From NCBI GenBank assembly GCA_918797485.1, contig CAKKNE010000001.1, forward strand, positions 6,200,001 to 6,264,000: DNA of 64,000 nt. The letters are read 5' to 3'. Within the stretch, counting starts at the first letter, position 1; every line of letters starts with the position of its first letter. The notes under the pieces are model-generated. The model ran no database searches, was not told the origin of the DNA, and was given only the letters and a program-made list of their open reading frames with translations. A program made the position numbers and the translations under genes. The stretch is from Pelagomonas calceolata (Eukaryota). Of this stretch, positions 62,701 to 64,000 are shown in pieces.

Positions 62701-63708
62701 CGCGCTCCCGAGGCGGCCGTCGCCAATCTTTAGAGCGAGGATCTGGCAGCCGGGCGCGACGCCGTCCGCCGCGTCGTCCTCGGCTTCGAAATTGGCGGCT
62801 ACGATGCCCGCCACGTGCGTGCCGTGACTCCCAGCATCGCACACGATCGAAAGCGCGCCGCCGTCGTCGAGGTCGCCAATCTGGAGGCAGAACGTGCAGG
62901 CGCTGCCGAAGCCAAACGTGCCGAGCTGGCGCTCGACCCCGAACGGCGCCATGGGGCTAGAGTCGGTGAGGTCTCCGGTTCCTTCCGCGTCGACCACCGC
63001 GCGCCAGCCGTTGTCGTCCCGGAACGCGACGACGTCGATCAGGGGCCCAGCGTCGTCGTAGTCGTCCTTCAGCAACGCGTCCAGCTCTTTCAGGCGCGCC
63101 TCGAGCTCCGTCTTCTTCGCCTTTTTTGCCGCGGCGGTCGCGTTGGCGCGCCCGCCCCAGACGAGCTCGTCCTCCGGCGATGGCGTCCAGTTCTCGGCGG
63201 CGTCGAGGTCGCGCTGCATCCGGGTCGCCGCCGCGCGATGCGTCGCCTCGAAGAGCTCCTTTCGCTCAGCCAGGACGCGCTCGCGCGTCGATCCCGGCAA
63301 CAACGTCCATAAAGGAGCCGCGCCGACTCGGAATTCGTCGACAGAATCCGCCCAGGCGCCGAGCGTGAGCGTCGCGCCGGACGCGCCTTCGAGAGTTGTT
63401 CCGTCCTTTTTCCGGGAGACGCTCATGTCGATATCGCCACCGCCCGTGCAGTCCAGAAAATCAACATACTTCGGTTGGCCCGTCGATGTGGTTTGCAGGC
63501 CGGCCGCCGCCAGGTCGCAGCCCGTGTCGAGCACCGCGACGAGCACGCCGCGGCCGTCGGCGTCCGGGTTCGTGTCTCGAAGATACGAGACGCCCGTCTC
63601 GTCCTTTGGCAGCGTCGATGCTTGCATGCGAGTTCTTGCATGACGGACGCGTCTAGGTGAAAAACAGGTTGTGCTTGCCAGCAGTGCCGACAGCACGCAC
63701 CACTGCAT
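59728..63708 (-). CDS. TPP2: Tripeptidyl-peptidase II (subtilisin S8) with a putative bipartite plastid leader; alternative ATG at 63738
   Basis: LPKDETG, VAVLDTG, SHGTHVAGI, KIGDGRLGSAETG, INLSYGE, SAGNDGPALS, GTSMSSPNACG. Confidence 0.93.
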   Translation of the reverse strand: MQWCVLSALLASTTCFSPRRVRHARTRMQASTLPKDETGVSYLRDTNPDADGRGVLVAVLDTGCDLAAAGLQTTSTGQPKYVDFLDCTGGGDIDMSVSRKKDGTTLEGASGATLTLGAWADSVDEFRVGAAPLWTLLPGSTRERVLAERKELFEATHRAAATRMQRDLDAAENWTPSPEDELVWGGRANATAAAKKAKKTELEARLKELDALLKDDYDDAGPLIDVVAFRDDNGWRAVVDAEGTGDLTDSSPMAPFGVERQLGTFGFGSACTFCLQIGDLDDGGALSIVCDAGSHGTHVAGIVAANFEAEDDAADGVAPGCQILALKIGDGRLGSAETGTGLVRALAACKRYGVDLINLSYGEPFYESTSGRVAETFDDAVRKWSMTVFTSAGNDGPALSSLGAPGCLTAPITVGAYVSPAMMREQYSMLEGDVPATSYTFSSRGPTPDGWIPTLCAPGGAIAPIPRHMLAGRAQYHGTSMSSPNACGVAACVLSALAREDRPSPPALRRALESTCKPVPSADPFAQGFGLIDAPAAVTYLETHAGKTAHDLAFDVTVPSQGDARGVYLRDAGQVLSPAAGGGGVVGVQVKPRFAHATSRDEAEVEEVLKLDVDVALSCAADWVTTPASLVLQSGVAARPQSFQIKIDAASLPPGAHFTRVEGRDATDPTRGPLFTLPVTAIVPHNGLKGTSADESYALSLRGGVPERRFVRAPSGAEFAKVKLKTGALPKGPHAVTFHAVPSARGDLPNTESQTKEYPMLRPDDEKTIIVPCQGGATLELCVALGWMSNPVDDVPLDMEVEFHSYGLGEQLGAAGAGDSSVGVRIGAADEYGRLEVGAPLRSETIDAEASLKAVDRALRPTKSLVRAGSAVLDALPPSDAELRADPAAPAALVHEALLTYDFELKAANADDASVGHTVVPQLSALHKQLYDSPIDGAIWRVKDQNGQILAHGGLIHDAKPLSLRAGKYALEVLLRHTDRAALEDMKDLPARLRFNLKDPMTCPIVKDRGTATVGGEALKDGFLRKDARRAIYVRRPDGKLPAWVERGDTLVGSLVLDKELDDDRVHVPLAYEPPPPATPEKKDDATDDDEEKSDEEKDAEALTEAVRDAQISALKALRGTDPPSRFDALAASIRTEHPSHLPFLREILDDAVARLNKATDKADAANRVVAAADAILGDVDADAVASYFGRKEPRDGAAAKKRGDDMDEQRAALRHALLYRAMALSSDDAVDELDRWAPEVTTFAEDDDRDTYVLAHARRDANRGRPGAALAAIRARLKVAKLDGTCNQALHDAKAELLETLELEDWVRLAKEDLLRRYPPTTNPL

Positions 63709-63865
63709 CGTTCGTTGCACCGGTGCTTCTGTTGGCATAAATAACTGACAACTGACGATGTCTCGCGGTCCGTGCTAGCTCTACCGCAGCGCTTGGCTCG
63801 AGCTCGTGCTCTGCTGACAGGGAGAGCAAGGTCAGTTTTTGCGGTGTTTCGCCCTCCAAATCAGC

Positions 63866-64000
63866 ATGTCGCTGCTAAAACGCCTCACCCTGCTATGCGC
63901 AGCCCAAAGCACCACCGCACTCGTGCTCAACACCCTCAAATCAGCCACAGTCCTCAACCCTGCCACTGGCACACCAACACCGCTGCTCGACGGCCTCGCG
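63866..64000 (+). CDS. 5' part of a gene with a signal-like N-terminus, truncated by the window edge
   Basis: Open frame MSLLKRLTLLCAAQSTTALVLNTLKSATVLNPATG... runs to the window end. Confidence 0.5.
   Translation, partial: MSLLKRLTLLCAAQSTTALVLNTLKSATVLNPATGTPTPLLDGLA

Noticed and set aside
1..64000. Prokaryotic origin or operon reading, suggested by UvrB/UvrC, YwbE, AhpD and the gene density
   Set aside because: Spliceosomal introns and eukaryote-specific genes (ARPC4, VPS24, CFAP206, SMN, BET protein) are interleaved with the same composition
1..64000. Numerous long overlapping or antisense Arg/Ala/Pro-rich ORFs in the track (e.g. 842-2092, 54103-55587, 57591-58862)
   Set aside because: They are shadow frames expected at high GC, lack domains and overlap better-supported genes

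Overview
This is compact, very GC-rich eukaryotic nuclear DNA from a photosynthetic, flagellated stramenopile, most consistent with a pelagophyte (Pelagomonas/Aureococcus-like). That assignment is an inference from ASAFAP-type plastid leaders, CFAP206, short spliceosomal introns and TIR/TSD introner elements. About 38 protein-coding genes are supported. Most are housekeeping: ARPC4, SDHC, VPS24, a BET-type bromodomain protein, PP2C, CFAP206, PRPP synthetase, TPP2, a Ctr copper transporter and a mitochondrial carrier. Highlights: (1) a single 1111-aa ORF fusing the UvrC RNase H-like 5'-incision nuclease and HhH to a UvrB helicase and a C-terminal HRDC domain, a rearranged bacterial-type excision-repair enzyme in a eukaryote; (2) a 56-aa PET117 ORF, absent from the ORF track, whose stop overlaps the start codon of a Tudor-less SMN gene (ATGA), a candidate bicistron; (3) four copies of one introner family (TIR ending in CAG, 8-bp TSD supplying the donor), in both orientations and at different stages of decay, one with a GA donor; (4) a 4095-aa uninterrupted secreted adhesin-like ORF; (5) an AspH-type hydroxylase-sulfotransferase fusion, a TPPII with an apparent plastid leader, and a ~1.5-kb lower-GC island. 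No rRNA, tRNA or CRISPR array was recognised. All splice models are manual predictions.
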